This document shows positions 17,852-26,884 of a stretch of DNA of 29,423 bases, in pieces. The stretch spans positions 1 to 29,423 of the forward strand of contig CBFGIV010000028.1 of the NCBI GenBank assembly GCA_965648915.1. Reading direction: 5' to 3'. The stretch is from a candidate division WOR-3 bacterium (GTDB taxonomy: Bacteria > Hydrothermota > Tepidihabitantia > SM23-42 > CAYGYG01). The position numbers and the translations under genes are program-made. The notes beneath the pieces were generated by a model that saw only the letters and a program-made list of their open reading frames with translations, had not been told where the DNA came from and did no database searches. Position 1 is the first letter of the stretch. Each line of letters starts with the position of its first letter.

Positions 17852-18172
17852 TTAATACCCGGGATGGTCAGGGCAGGTAATCTGTCCATTAGTGTTGTCA
17901 TACTGGTAGTTTTTATTTGATACCGGACAGAAAGGAGCGACATTGCTGAGTTCATTTAATGAATTTGGATAACGAGAATTCTCTGAATAGTAGAGATTGA
18001 TCTTCATTCGAATATTTCTTAAGTTGTTGACACATTCAATTTTCTTGGCACGATCAATTGGAGCAGTTATATTGGTGGGATTCTCCGGATATCTGACAAA
18101 TAGTGTCTTTACTGCAATTACAATCAGGATGGCAGATATTAAGAGAACAACAAAAAGAGCGGCTTTACCCAT
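17852..18172 (-). CDS. Small pilin/pseudopilin-like membrane-anchored protein
   Basis: Hydrophobic N-terminal helix, then RAKKIECVNNLRNI...YYSENSRYPNSLNEL, similar to GspG/ComGC-like heads; no canonical prepilin cleavage motif. Confidence 0.5.
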   Translation of the reverse strand: MGKAALFVVLLISAILIVIAVKTLFVRYPENPTNITAPIDRAKKIECVNNLRNIRMKINLYYSENSRYPNSLNELSNVAPFCPVSNKNYQYDNTNGQITCPDHPGY

Positions 18173-18210
18173 AGATATTAGTGAAAAATTTCAATTAAAT
18201 GAACTGAGTT

Positions 18211-18729
18211 CTATCTGGTTGTTGGTATTATAAATTGTAATCCCCAGGTCAATGAGACATTATTATAACCATCGTCAACAAAGGTAAAGCGGGCCTCAAA
18301 AAAGGTGGCAGCGTTAGGAGCGACCCGAAAATTACCACCGCCTAAGATATGCATCCCAAATTCAGCATCACTATCTTCAAGCACCCCCCAGGGGTAGGTG
18401 TGTTTTACTGTAACGCTATGGATACCGAGTCCAAACCCTGCATAGGGATTAAAATTTGATTTCAGCCTTGAAAAGAACCAGAGAAGGGAGGCGTCAATCG
18501 AAAGGTCTGAAACTTTTAAGGTATGATTTGCTGCTTGTTCAGATTGACTCCAGTAGTTGAGGGCCGGTTCGATCTGGAGGTCAGGGTTAATAGCAAATCG
18601 ACCAAAGAATCCAAAAGTAAATGTGGCGTCTAAATCTTCAGGAAAGGCAATACCAATCTTGCCACCAAGACCAGCACTGCTGAAAACCAATCCAGGCAAG
18701 ACAAAGAAAATTAGACCGAGTCTCTTCAT
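18211..18729 (-). CDS. Small outer-membrane beta-barrel protein (OmpA/OmpW-like)
   Basis: GGAGG RBS; signal peptide; FNPYAGFGLG, FGMHILGG, FFEARF strands. Confidence 0.75.
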   Translation of the reverse strand: MKRLGLIFFVLPGLVFSSAGLGGKIGIAFPEDLDATFTFGFFGRFAINPDLQIEPALNYWSQSEQAANHTLKVSDLSIDASLLWFFSRLKSNFNPYAGFGLGIHSVTVKHTYPWGVLEDSDAEFGMHILGGGNFRVAPNAATFFEARFTFVDDGYNNVSLTWGLQFIIPTTR

Positions 18730-18747
18730 CTAACCTCCATAGGTTAA

Positions 18748-18775
18748 AGTATATTAAAAATATCAATAATGTCAA
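18748..18775 (-). promoter_or_regulatory. Sigma70-like promoter of the minus-strand operon
   Basis: Minus strand TTGACA-N16-TATACT upstream of the RBS. Confidence 0.6.
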
Positions 18776-18832
18776 TACCGGAAAAGAAGATGTTTTTCCG
18801 GGTCTGGAGAAGAGTCTACAGTTTGACCTTGA

Positions 18833-19129
18833 TTAAATCTTCCTGGTCAATTCAACAAATCTTTTGTAAGGTATCGCGGTCCACGATTCGGCCTGGGTTG
18901 CACCATAGGCGAGACTGATCATTGAGACCCGGGCTGCAACCTCTTCATTTGGGGCTTCATATATATCAAGAAAATCATAAGGTCCTAATAGAGCATAATG
19001 GCAGAGGAATTTTACTTCAGGACACTTTTTACGGATATGTTTAAGCCATTCTCGTCCCAGGCGGGCTCGCTCTTTAATCTTTTTTGTTACTTCGGTTGAA
19101 AGTTTGGTCATTAGAATATAGGTAGCCAT
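18833..19129 (-). CDS. GYD domain protein
   Basis: MATYILMTKL...YALLGPYDFLDIYEAPNEEVA; AGGAGG RBS supports the ATG at 19129. Confidence 0.85.
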   Translation of the reverse strand: MATYILMTKLSTEVTKKIKERARLGREWLKHIRKKCPEVKFLCHYALLGPYDFLDIYEAPNEEVAARVSMISLAYGATQAESWTAIPYKRFVELTRKI

Positions 19130-19294
19130 AGAAACCTCCTTTCTACTCAAATTTCATTATCTCAGGTATATTATCTACCAATTATCTGCACAAGTCAAGG
19201 AGAATAAATTGTTTTCCCAGAGAATATAATCGGGCAGTTAGGCTTTGGAGATTCTCTATAATTTCTGACCAGGACTTCCATTTGCAGAAGATTC

Positions 19295-19322
19295 TTGACT
19301 TTTATAAAAAAATGTTTATAAT
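19295..19322 (+). promoter_or_regulatory. Sigma70-like promoter of the C25 peptidase gene
   Basis: TTGACT-N16-TATAAT. Confidence 0.6.
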
Positions 19323-19353
19323 TAACGAAAAAATTAAACTGACGATAATTTAA

Positions 19354-22300
19354 ATGAAAAATACCCTTATCTTAATTTTGTCTTTTTATTACCTTGGTTA
19401 TACCGATATTATAAAATCGATAAGATTTAAATACGATGATTTCTCTATAACCAGACAAAACCTGTCAGGGGTCGGTTATGATCTGATGAGAATTAAAGGT
19501 GGAGTGGTTGTTGCTGATCCCGGAGAACCAGCACTACCGATCATCCCGATTCATTTTATCATTCCCGGGGACGAAGAGGTTATTGACGCAGAGGTCATCT
19601 CCGCCCCTGGTCAGATTTTACCGGGCAGATATTTTCTCTTTCCAGCCCAGAGGATTTTTTCAAATGATGAAGTATTACAACTGATCGGCCCAGAACAAAA
19701 TATCTATAACTCATTTGTGCCAGTGCCAGAGCGATTGATCGAATTTTTGAGTTGCGGAAATATGGGGGGCTATCGTATAGCCTCAATTCAAGTCTCGCCT
19801 TTCCAGTATATACCTGCAGAACAGCAGTTAATCTTTTATAATGAAATTACCGTCAGGCTCAGGACTCGGCCGGATCAGGGTGAAAGATTGCCTATTCTGA
19901 GAAGGAGTGCTGGGGCCGATGGGTATTATGAGAATTTTGTGAAAGGTTTGGTTGATAATCCTGAAGATATTAAGCTCTATAAACCACAAATATTAAAAGA
20001 TACGATACCGTCTTACTTTGCCCCAACATTTACTCCCAGTCCAGAAGGGAGTCCGGTTGAATATCTGATTATTACTACTCCAGCACTGGCCAATCTCTTT
20101 CAAAAGCTGGCTGACTGGAGGACGAAGTGCGGTATTCCAGCAGTGGTTCGAACCACGGATTGGATCTATCAGAACTATGCAGGGTGTGACCAGGCTGAAA
20201 AGATAAGAAATTTCCTGAAAGATGCCTATATGAAATGGGGAACGATATGGGTTCTGTTAGGTGGTGATGCTGGTCAGGTCCCATTGCGATTGGCCTATGA
20301 GCCGATTTCAAATCCAACCTGGCCCTTGATTCCCTGCGACTACTATTTTTCTGATCTTGACGGCAACTGGAATTTTAATGGTAATAGTCTTTTTGGTGAA
20401 ATCGCCGACTCTCTTGATATGTATCCTGATCTCTTTGTTGGACGTGCCCCGGTGGAAGATGAGCAGGAGACGGAGATTTTTATCAATAAGGTTATCAACT
20501 ATGAAAAGGGAATCGAGACCGACTACCAGTTGAAGATCTTGATGCTTGCGGCCTGGATTGACCGCTGGACCAATTGTGCAATCGGCAAACGTGACTATAT
20601 TCATACCCGTTTTATCCCGGAGAGATTTCAGGTCAGCGAACTCTATCAGAAGAGTTATGGCTCAAGAGAGGGGATTAATCGTGACCTGGTGATTGATTCG
20701 CTTAATCACGGTTTTAATATTGTCAACCAGGTTGATCATACCGGTATATATAATATCGGAGTCGGGGTCTCGGCGGGTGAGATTCTCTATCGCCCTGATA
20801 TTGACCGTTTGATGAATGGAGCAAAGACCGGGATTATCTTCTCCTGTGGTTGTAATGTGGCCGGATTCAATTTTGATTGCATTGGGGAACATTTTATTAA
20901 CAACCCTGATGGTGGTGGGGTGGGTTTTATCGGTAGTTCCCGGGCGGCATTTCTGGCGTCGGGCTCACCCGGTTTAGGGCCGATCGAAATCTATGATCAG
21001 AACTTTTTTGAGGCATTGTTTCTTAATAATCTAACTTCAATCGGTGCAACCCTGGCATCGGCAAAAGCAAAACTGTCCCATCTGACAAGATTCATATCAT
21101 ACTATCGCTATACCCATTTTGCCCTTCAGTTGCTTGGTGATCCCCGGATGGTTTTATGGACCGAGAGACCGCGAAGGATTTCGGTCTCTTTTCCAGATAC
21201 AATTCCCTTGCAGCGGATTCGATATTTAGTTACGGTCCGAGATTCATCCACTTATAGTCCTGTTTCAGGATTCAGGGTTATCCTTAACAAATCTAATGAT
21301 TTTTATCTTATGGGCATAACCAACGGCGAGGGTCAGGTCTGGTTTGAATTCGCTCCCGAGGATACAGGTGAATTCAGTATTACCGTCGTTAAAGAAAATT
21401 ATATCCCGTTTGAAGGCCGGGCACAAATAGTCTATGGAGATTCTCCTCGCCTTGCCTACCACTCATCACTTATCGATGATGATAGTATCCCACCGAGCCA
21501 GGGAAATAATAATCGATTGATCGATGCCGGTGAGACGATTGAATTGAAGGTTGCACTGGTGAATAAGAGTAATCAGGGGGCGCACAACGTTCGAGCGACG
21601 ATCACCACATCCAGTCAGTATATTGAGGTATTGAACAATCGATTGACTTTCCCTGATATCGAACCGGGTAGGTTCCAGTTCAGTAATGAACCGCTGATCT
21701 TCAGGGTAGATCGACTAACCCCCGGGGCTGATCTTCTTTTTCGTCTGCAATCTGATTCGCCCGATACCTTTTTTATTTCGGTTAAGGCACCAGTGCTTGA
21801 TTATCGCGGAGCAGTGATCGATGATCGGCCACCCGGTGGAAATGGGAATGGTCGGGTTGAGCCCTGCGAAACAGTCCGACTCTATATCAAAGTCAGGAAT
21901 AGTGGTAATGGGATTGCGGGTTGTGTTAGGGCGATACTTGTGCCGATTGATTCAACAATTATTATTGATCCGCAAAACGACAAGATCCGGCTCGGTGATA
22001 TTTTCTCTGGACAGGAGATCAGGGCAGATGACTTTTTTAAGATCTACACGAAAAGGGGTTATGAACCAGGGCATCGGGTTCGATTAGAACTCTTTGATAG
22101 TTATGAACGGAGATCTGATTTTGAGATAAGATTCAGGTCACTCCCCGACCCGGTAAATATTACATATCTGCCGGCCCGGTATAGTATCGAACTTAAATGG
22201 GATTCAGTAATCGGGGCGATAGGGTATAATGTTTATCGCAAGGATGGTTTGAAGGATAGTTTTTTGAGGGTAAATCCTCATCTGATAATTTCGGCCAGTA

Positions 22301-23955
22301 AATATGAAGACCGTCTGGGGATCAATCCTACCCGCTCATATTTTTATAAAGTTACCGCAGTTGACTCTTATTGCAATGAAAGTTCGGGCTCAGAAATTAT
22401 TTTGGCCTATTCCAATCTGGCCTTTTTAGATGGCTGGCCGGTCAAAACCGCTTATGAGGCCGGTCTGAACCCTTCATCACCCGGAATTGCCGATTTAGAC
22501 GGTGATGGTGATAATGAGATTGTTATCGGTGCGGGAACAAAAGTCTTTGCCTGGCACCATAATGGACAACTGGTTGACGGCTGGCCGGTGGAGACTGATA
22601 ACATTGTTACATCGACACCTGCACTGGCAGATATCGATAATGACCGACGGCCCGAAATTTTAATCGGCTCTGGTAATGCGGTCTCGGTATTAAAATCAGA
22701 TGGCACAGTAATGTTGCGCCTTGATACCGATGGTCAGGTAAGTGGTGCACCGGTGGTTTTTGACCTCGACCTGGATGAGAGAGAAGATATCACCGTCTTG
22801 ACCCGTAACAATAAGATCTATCTCTGGCACAGTGATGGTACACCTTTTCCCCAGTTCCCCTTAAACCTGCCCGGGTATCCAGGTTATACGAGTCCGGCAA
22901 TCGGTGATCTCGATGGAGATGGATTTTTTGAGATTATTGCCGGTTTTGTTAAAAACTGGGATCCACCGCTTGGTGGTTTGATTGCCTATAATCATACGGG
23001 AACGGTCGTTGAGGGATGGGATAGTTGTTTGACTGACGGCGTTATCTATCTTACTTCGCCGGTGGTCGGTGATATCGATCGCGATCAAAAGCTGGAGGTG
23101 GTGATGGGTTTTGCTGGTGTTCCCAATGGAGGCAAGCTTGTTGCTTATGAACATAATGGTGGCTTGGCGGCTGGATTTCCAGTAAATTTTGCTGAGGCGA
23201 CGACTGGTATTGCCCTGGCGGATCTCGACCGGAATGGCACCTTGGAGATAGTTGCTGGTTCAGTAGATGGATATTATATAGTAAGTTATAACGGGACGAT
23301 CCTCTCAAACAAAAAGATTGATGGTGGGATGTTGAACGAACCAGCAGTTGGTGACATCGATGGTGATGGCAAAATTGATATCATAATTGCATCCTACGGG
23401 AATTATGTCTATGCATTCGACCGGCAACAGAATTGGATTGCCCACTTTCCCTTAAAGGTCGATGATGGGACATTTTCCAGTCCAATTCTGGGTGATTTAA
23501 ATACAGACCGACAGATTGATATTGGTAGTGCCTCTTTAGATGCCCATTTCTATTGCTGGTCGTTTCCAGGACCATATCGTGAAGAATTTATCGAATGGCC
23601 AACCCACCGGCACGATCAGTTTCGAACGGGAAATTATCATATCCGGACCGCGGTTAATATCGAAAGTGAAAATTTAATAAATGTTCCAGATGGGAGAGAA
23701 GGTTTAACAGGCATCGAGCCCAATCCGGTTAGAAAGAAAACAATCCTGAGTTTTGTTTTGAACCGTAATGCCCGAATCGAGATCGCCCTCTATAACTGTG
23801 CAGGTCGGCGCTTATTCCATCGATACTGGACTGAACAACCGGGCCGGCACAGGATAATACTTGCGCTTGATGATCTCCCGGCAGGGGTATACTTCTGTCA
23901 TTTTTACGCATTGAAGAATATTCAGACGAAAAAGATTGTGTTACTGAAAAATTAG
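19354..23955 (+). CDS. C25 family (gingipain-like) cysteine peptidase with propeptide, Ig/FN3 domains, FG-GAP repeats and T9SS sorting domain
   Basis: Propeptide PGEPALP; C25 motifs EYLIIT, VLLGGD, DYYFSDLDG, VGRAPV, NQVDH (His), SCGC (Cys), GGGVGFIG, LLGDP; FN3 GYNVYR...YFYKVTAVD; repeats such as ADLDGDGDNE; tail EPNP...LYNCAGR...LPAGVYF...KKIVLLK. Confidence 0.9.
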   Translation: MKNTLILILSFYYLGYTDIIKSIRFKYDDFSITRQNLSGVGYDLMRIKGGVVVADPGEPALPIIPIHFIIPGDEEVIDAEVISAPGQILPGRYFLFPAQRIFSNDEVLQLIGPEQNIYNSFVPVPERLIEFLSCGNMGGYRIASIQVSPFQYIPAEQQLIFYNEITVRLRTRPDQGERLPILRRSAGADGYYENFVKGLVDNPEDIKLYKPQILKDTIPSYFAPTFTPSPEGSPVEYLIITTPALANLFQKLADWRTKCGIPAVVRTTDWIYQNYAGCDQAEKIRNFLKDAYMKWGTIWVLLGGDAGQVPLRLAYEPISNPTWPLIPCDYYFSDLDGNWNFNGNSLFGEIADSLDMYPDLFVGRAPVEDEQETEIFINKVINYEKGIETDYQLKILMLAAWIDRWTNCAIGKRDYIHTRFIPERFQVSELYQKSYGSREGINRDLVIDSLNHGFNIVNQVDHTGIYNIGVGVSAGEILYRPDIDRLMNGAKTGIIFSCGCNVAGFNFDCIGEHFINNPDGGGVGFIGSSRAAFLASGSPGLGPIEIYDQNFFEALFLNNLTSIGATLASAKAKLSHLTRFISYYRYTHFALQLLGDPRMVLWTERPRRISVSFPDTIPLQRIRYLVTVRDSSTYSPVSGFRVILNKSNDFYLMGITNGEGQVWFEFAPEDTGEFSITVVKENYIPFEGRAQIVYGDSPRLAYHSSLIDDDSIPPSQGNNNRLIDAGETIELKVALVNKSNQGAHNVRATITTSSQYIEVLNNRLTFPDIEPGRFQFSNEPLIFRVDRLTPGADLLFRLQSDSPDTFFISVKAPVLDYRGAVIDDRPPGGNGNGRVEPCETVRLYIKVRNSGNGIAGCVRAILVPIDSTIIIDPQNDKIRLGDIFSGQEIRADDFFKIYTKRGYEPGHRVRLELFDSYERRSDFEIRFRSLPDPVNITYLPARYSIELKWDSVIGAIGYNVYRKDGLKDSFLRVNPHLIISASKYEDRLGINPTRSYFYKVTAVDSYCNESSGSEIILAYSNLAFLDGWPVKTAYEAGLNPSSPGIADLDGDGDNEIVIGAGTKVFAWHHNGQLVDGWPVETDNIVTSTPALADIDNDRRPEILIGSGNAVSVLKSDGTVMLRLDTDGQVSGAPVVFDLDLDEREDITVLTRNNKIYLWHSDGTPFPQFPLNLPGYPGYTSPAIGDLDGDGFFEIIAGFVKNWDPPLGGLIAYNHTGTVVEGWDSCLTDGVIYLTSPVVGDIDRDQKLEVVMGFAGVPNGGKLVAYEHNGGLAAGFPVNFAEATTGIALADLDRNGTLEIVAGSVDGYYIVSYNGTILSNKKIDGGMLNEPAVGDIDGDGKIDIIIASYGNYVYAFDRQQNWIAHFPLKVDDGTFSSPILGDLNTDRQIDIGSASLDAHFYCWSFPGPYREEFIEWPTHRHDQFRTGNYHIRTAVNIESENLINVPDGREGLTGIEPNPVRKKTILSFVLNRNARIEIALYNCAGRRLFHRYWTEQPGRHRIILALDDLPAGVYFCHFYALKNIQTKKIVLLKN

Positions 23956-23985
23956 ACTTGACTTAGTCTAAAAATTCCTTAAGAT
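23952..23985 (+). promoter_or_regulatory. Promoter for the kinase-PqqD-B2-NTase cassette, overlapped by a palindrome
   Basis: TTGACT (23958)-N16-TAAGAT (23980); TTAGACT-N6-AGTCTAA (23952-23971) spans the -35. Confidence 0.45.
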
Positions 23986-24000
23986 ATAACCGGTTTAACA

Positions 24001-24822
24001 TTGCTGATCGAAATCGCTGGCTTAAGGCTACTGATAGAGTCATCGCACCGACTGGGCGAACTCCATTTACCCGAAGTCTATGAACACTTCCGGGCTTCGG
24101 GTGAACCCGACTTTACCATCAGTCTGAGATACTCTAAAGCCCCGCCGAAGATTGATAATAGATTCAGGTGCAGAAAGAGTGGAATATTAAATCTTTATCG
24201 GGTAAGGCCGGGCTATTATTTTTTTACCTTTGATCGGGTTAAAGGGTTGGGTTCGATCGAACAGGAGCAGAGAAGGTTCTCTTTTACAACTTCGGCCCTG
24301 TCGGCCGCGACCTTAAATCTTATTGTCGAGACTGTGTACATTTCCGTGACTACCCAGATTCTTCACAATTATTTAATTCTTCATGCTTGTGGTGTGGTTG
24401 ATAAAGACCGGGCTTACCTCTTTTCTGCCCCTTCTAACGGTGGTAAATCGACGATTGGAAAGATCGTCCTTAATTTAAAAAAAGTGCTCCTTAACGATGA
24501 TCGGATAATTGTGTGCTGGAATAGGGACCGGATTATGGCCTATGGTAACCCCTGGCATGGTGAACTTGCGGAGGTCAATTCCCGGGGTATGCCCCTCAAG
24601 AAGATCTTTTTCTTAAAAAAAGGTCAAAGAAATTTTTTAAAAAAGCTCAGCCCGATGGAAAGTGTAATGCAGATGATGGCCAACGCTTTTTTCCTGCCGG
24701 TCGATCCCGGATCAAAAGTCGCTCTACTAAACAGATGCATTGATCTTGCTTCATCGGTTCCGGCTTATGAATTGACCTTTTATCCAGATGAAGCGGTCTG
24801 GAGAAAAATTGAGCGTAAGTAA
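24001..24822 (+). CDS. HPr kinase-related P-loop protein (RiPP-cassette kinase type)
   Basis: LILHACGV, Walker A SAPSNGGKST, LLNDD, YGNPWHGE. Confidence 0.8.
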   Translation: MLIEIAGLRLLIESSHRLGELHLPEVYEHFRASGEPDFTISLRYSKAPPKIDNRFRCRKSGILNLYRVRPGYYFFTFDRVKGLGSIEQEQRRFSFTTSALSAATLNLIVETVYISVTTQILHNYLILHACGVVDKDRAYLFSAPSNGGKSTIGKIVLNLKKVLLNDDRIIVCWNRDRIMAYGNPWHGELAEVNSRGMPLKKIFFLKKGQRNFLKKLSPMESVMQMMANAFFLPVDPGSKVALLNRCIDLASSVPAYELTFYPDEAVWRKIERK

Positions 24823-24849
24823 GTTTATTGTAAGAAAGGAGCGTTGATA

Positions 24850-25098
24850 ATGAAACGCAAAGCAAGCCTTCCCTGGCGTAAGGTTGATGATGAGGGGATT
24901 GTCTTGAGTGACAATAAAGATGAGGCCCATATCCTTAATGAATCAGCCCTAATGATTTGGGAAATGCTCGATGGCCAATCATCCAGTGAGATGATTGCCC
25001 GGCGTTTAAGTCGCGAATACGAAATTCCAGAGAAGATTGCCCTTCGCGATGTTAAGAAGTTCTTGAAGGAGCTGAGGGTTAGAGGACTGGTTGAGTGA
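24850..25098 (+). CDS. PqqD family protein / RiPP recognition element (lasso B1-like)
   Basis: WRKVDDEGIVL...LNESALMIWEMLDG...IARRLSREYEI...DVKKFLKELRVRGLVE; AAGGAG RBS 8 nt before ATG 24850. Confidence 0.9.
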   Translation: MKRKASLPWRKVDDEGIVLSDNKDEAHILNESALMIWEMLDGQSSSEMIARRLSREYEIPEKIALRDVKKFLKELRVRGLVE

Positions 25099-25490
25099 TT
25101 AGTCGAATTTTTCGATACAGGATTATTGATATTTTAATAGGCCTTGCCTCATTTCTTGAGGTCCACCTGATTACTCTGTCAGGAACCACTAATGCCCTGC
25201 ATTATGTAAAGAGATTCGGGTTATTGTCACTTGCCTTAGTTAATGGAAATCTAAAGCAGCCACTGATTCTGATCTTTAACCGGATCATCTCGTTATTTAA
25301 TACCGATCAGGTATGTCTTAAGAGATCATTGTTCCTCTATGCACTCTATAAAAAGACTAAAAATGATGTTGCCGTTGCCTTTGGAATGAAACGAATTGGT
25401 GATGGCAAATTAATTGGCCACTGCTGGGTTGAAATTGATGGCCAACCGCTCGAGATTAATGACTTTACTCTTATTAAAAGGTTTTTTTAA
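25095..25490 (+). CDS. Lasso peptide B2-like leader peptidase (transglutaminase-like)
   Basis: CLKRSL (Cys) and GHCWVEIDG (His, acidic residue); GTGA overlap with the PqqD gene. Confidence 0.85.
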   Translation: MISRIFRYRIIDILIGLASFLEVHLITLSGTTNALHYVKRFGLLSLALVNGNLKQPLILIFNRIISLFNTDQVCLKRSLFLYALYKKTKNDVAVAFGMKRIGDGKLIGHCWVEIDGQPLEINDFTLIKRFF

Positions 25491-25551
25491 GATCTACGGT
25501 TGAGGCAATAGCGAAAATCACCATGATGGCCCAACGCAGCGTCACCGTCTG

Positions 25552-26721
25552 ATGTCTCCCGGCCCTGGACTTGATCCGAAGTTTTCAAACAGGAAGACAG
25601 AAAAATTGAGGATCGAGGTCCTTTTCCGGGATCTTTTAAAAACTGAACCGGATTGCAACAGACTTCTAATCTGGGCCAGAAAAAACCGCATAACACCACT
25701 GCTTTACTGGTTGATAAAAAATGATGGATTTAGCGATCAGTACCCGGAGTGGTTTTTTAATATATTAAAAAACGATTATTGCCAGAGCCAGATAAGAAAT
25801 CTTATCCTGTGTGCTGAGGCAGAAGCATTGTTGAGACAATTTAATTTGATGTTGATTCCGGTTATACCGCTGAAAGGGATAGTTCTATCAAATCTTCTCT
25901 ATCCGGATAGTTCACTGCGACCTTATGCAGACATCGATTTCTTAATTTATAAAAAAGATGATCTGTCCTGGATAGGGAGAATGTTTAATAATATGGGTTA
26001 TACCCGGCTCCCCGGTCTAAGAAGGGGATTTGAAGAAAAATTTACAAGTTGCGTTTCATTTATTAAAGAGACAAAACACTGGCCGATTGTGGTTGAGGTT
26101 CACTGGCATATCCTCTATTTTCCAACTTATGGTCCAAGGATTAATATCAGAGAATTCTGGGGGAATATCGAGTGGTTTGAGATTAATTCAATGTGTGTTC
26201 CGATCTTCAGGCCTGAATATCAATTAATCCATCTATGCCTCCATTATTACCTGCACGCTGCTTCCTATTTAATCTGGTTGGTAGATATCGCTCTGTTGAT
26301 TGAACGATATCAAGATGAGATCGACTGGGAAAGATTTTTTTCGGCCGTCAGGAGGTTTAAGATCGAAAAACCGATTCAAAAGACTCTGAACGATCTGAGA
26401 ACCACCTTTAAGCTTGCCATCCCTGAGGATTCTGGGAAGAAGTGTATCTGGTCAATTGACGCGAGAGCGATTGCCCTTGAAGCGTTAAGTAAAAATCCCC
26501 GTAATTCCGGCCTGGCGTCGCTATTAAATCTCTTTTTTATCCCTTCGATCACCGACAAGATAAATTTCTTCCTTGCAACCATCTGTCCCAGTTCTGATTC
26601 ATCACGGGGTAAGAATAAGAGACTAATTTTTATGAAATTCTTGGGAGCACTCAAAGAAATTATTAAATTTGTCTTGATAAAGGCACACTTAAATTTCGCT
26701 TTCCAGGACCATAACATATGA
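25552..26721 (+). CDS. Nucleotidyltransferase family protein (NTP_transf_5 type)
   Basis: IPVIPLKGIVLSNLLYPDSSLRPYADIDFLI, VEVHW, LIHLCLH, WLVDI, IDW motifs. Confidence 0.88.
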   Translation: MSPGPGLDPKFSNRKTEKLRIEVLFRDLLKTEPDCNRLLIWARKNRITPLLYWLIKNDGFSDQYPEWFFNILKNDYCQSQIRNLILCAEAEALLRQFNLMLIPVIPLKGIVLSNLLYPDSSLRPYADIDFLIYKKDDLSWIGRMFNNMGYTRLPGLRRGFEEKFTSCVSFIKETKHWPIVVEVHWHILYFPTYGPRINIREFWGNIEWFEINSMCVPIFRPEYQLIHLCLHYYLHAASYLIWLVDIALLIERYQDEIDWERFFSAVRRFKIEKPIQKTLNDLRTTFKLAIPEDSGKKCIWSIDARAIALEALSKNPRNSGLASLLNLFFIPSITDKINFFLATICPSSDSSRGKNKRLIFMKFLGALKEIIKFVLIKAHLNFAFQDHNI

Positions 26722-26752
26722 TTTTTTAGGAGATATAACACTTATCTACCTC

Positions 26753-26780
26753 TTGACACGAATAAACTTTTAGATATAAT
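26753..26780 (+). promoter_or_regulatory. Sigma70-like promoter of tRNA-Val
   Basis: TTGACA-N16-TATAAT, 30 nt upstream of the tRNA. Confidence 0.7.
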
Positions 26781-26810
26781 AGATTGTCTAAAAAGTGATT
26801 TATTGATAAT

Positions 26811-26884
26811 GGGCGAATAGCTCAGTTGGCGAGAGCGCCTCTCTTACAAGGAGGAGGTCACCTGTTCAATTCAGGTTTCGCCCA
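26811..26884 (+). tRNA. tRNA-Val(TAC); 3' CCA not encoded
   Basis: Acceptor GGGCGAA/TTCGCCC + A; D arm GCTC/GAGC; anticodon arm CCTCT-CTTACAA-GGAGG; T arm ACCTG-TTCAATT-CAGGT. Confidence 0.96.

Noticed and set aside
26718..26760. AGGAG after the nucleotidyltransferase as the RBS of a precursor peptide
   Set aside because: Followed by ATA TAA with no start codon or ORF; the region holds the tRNA promoter.
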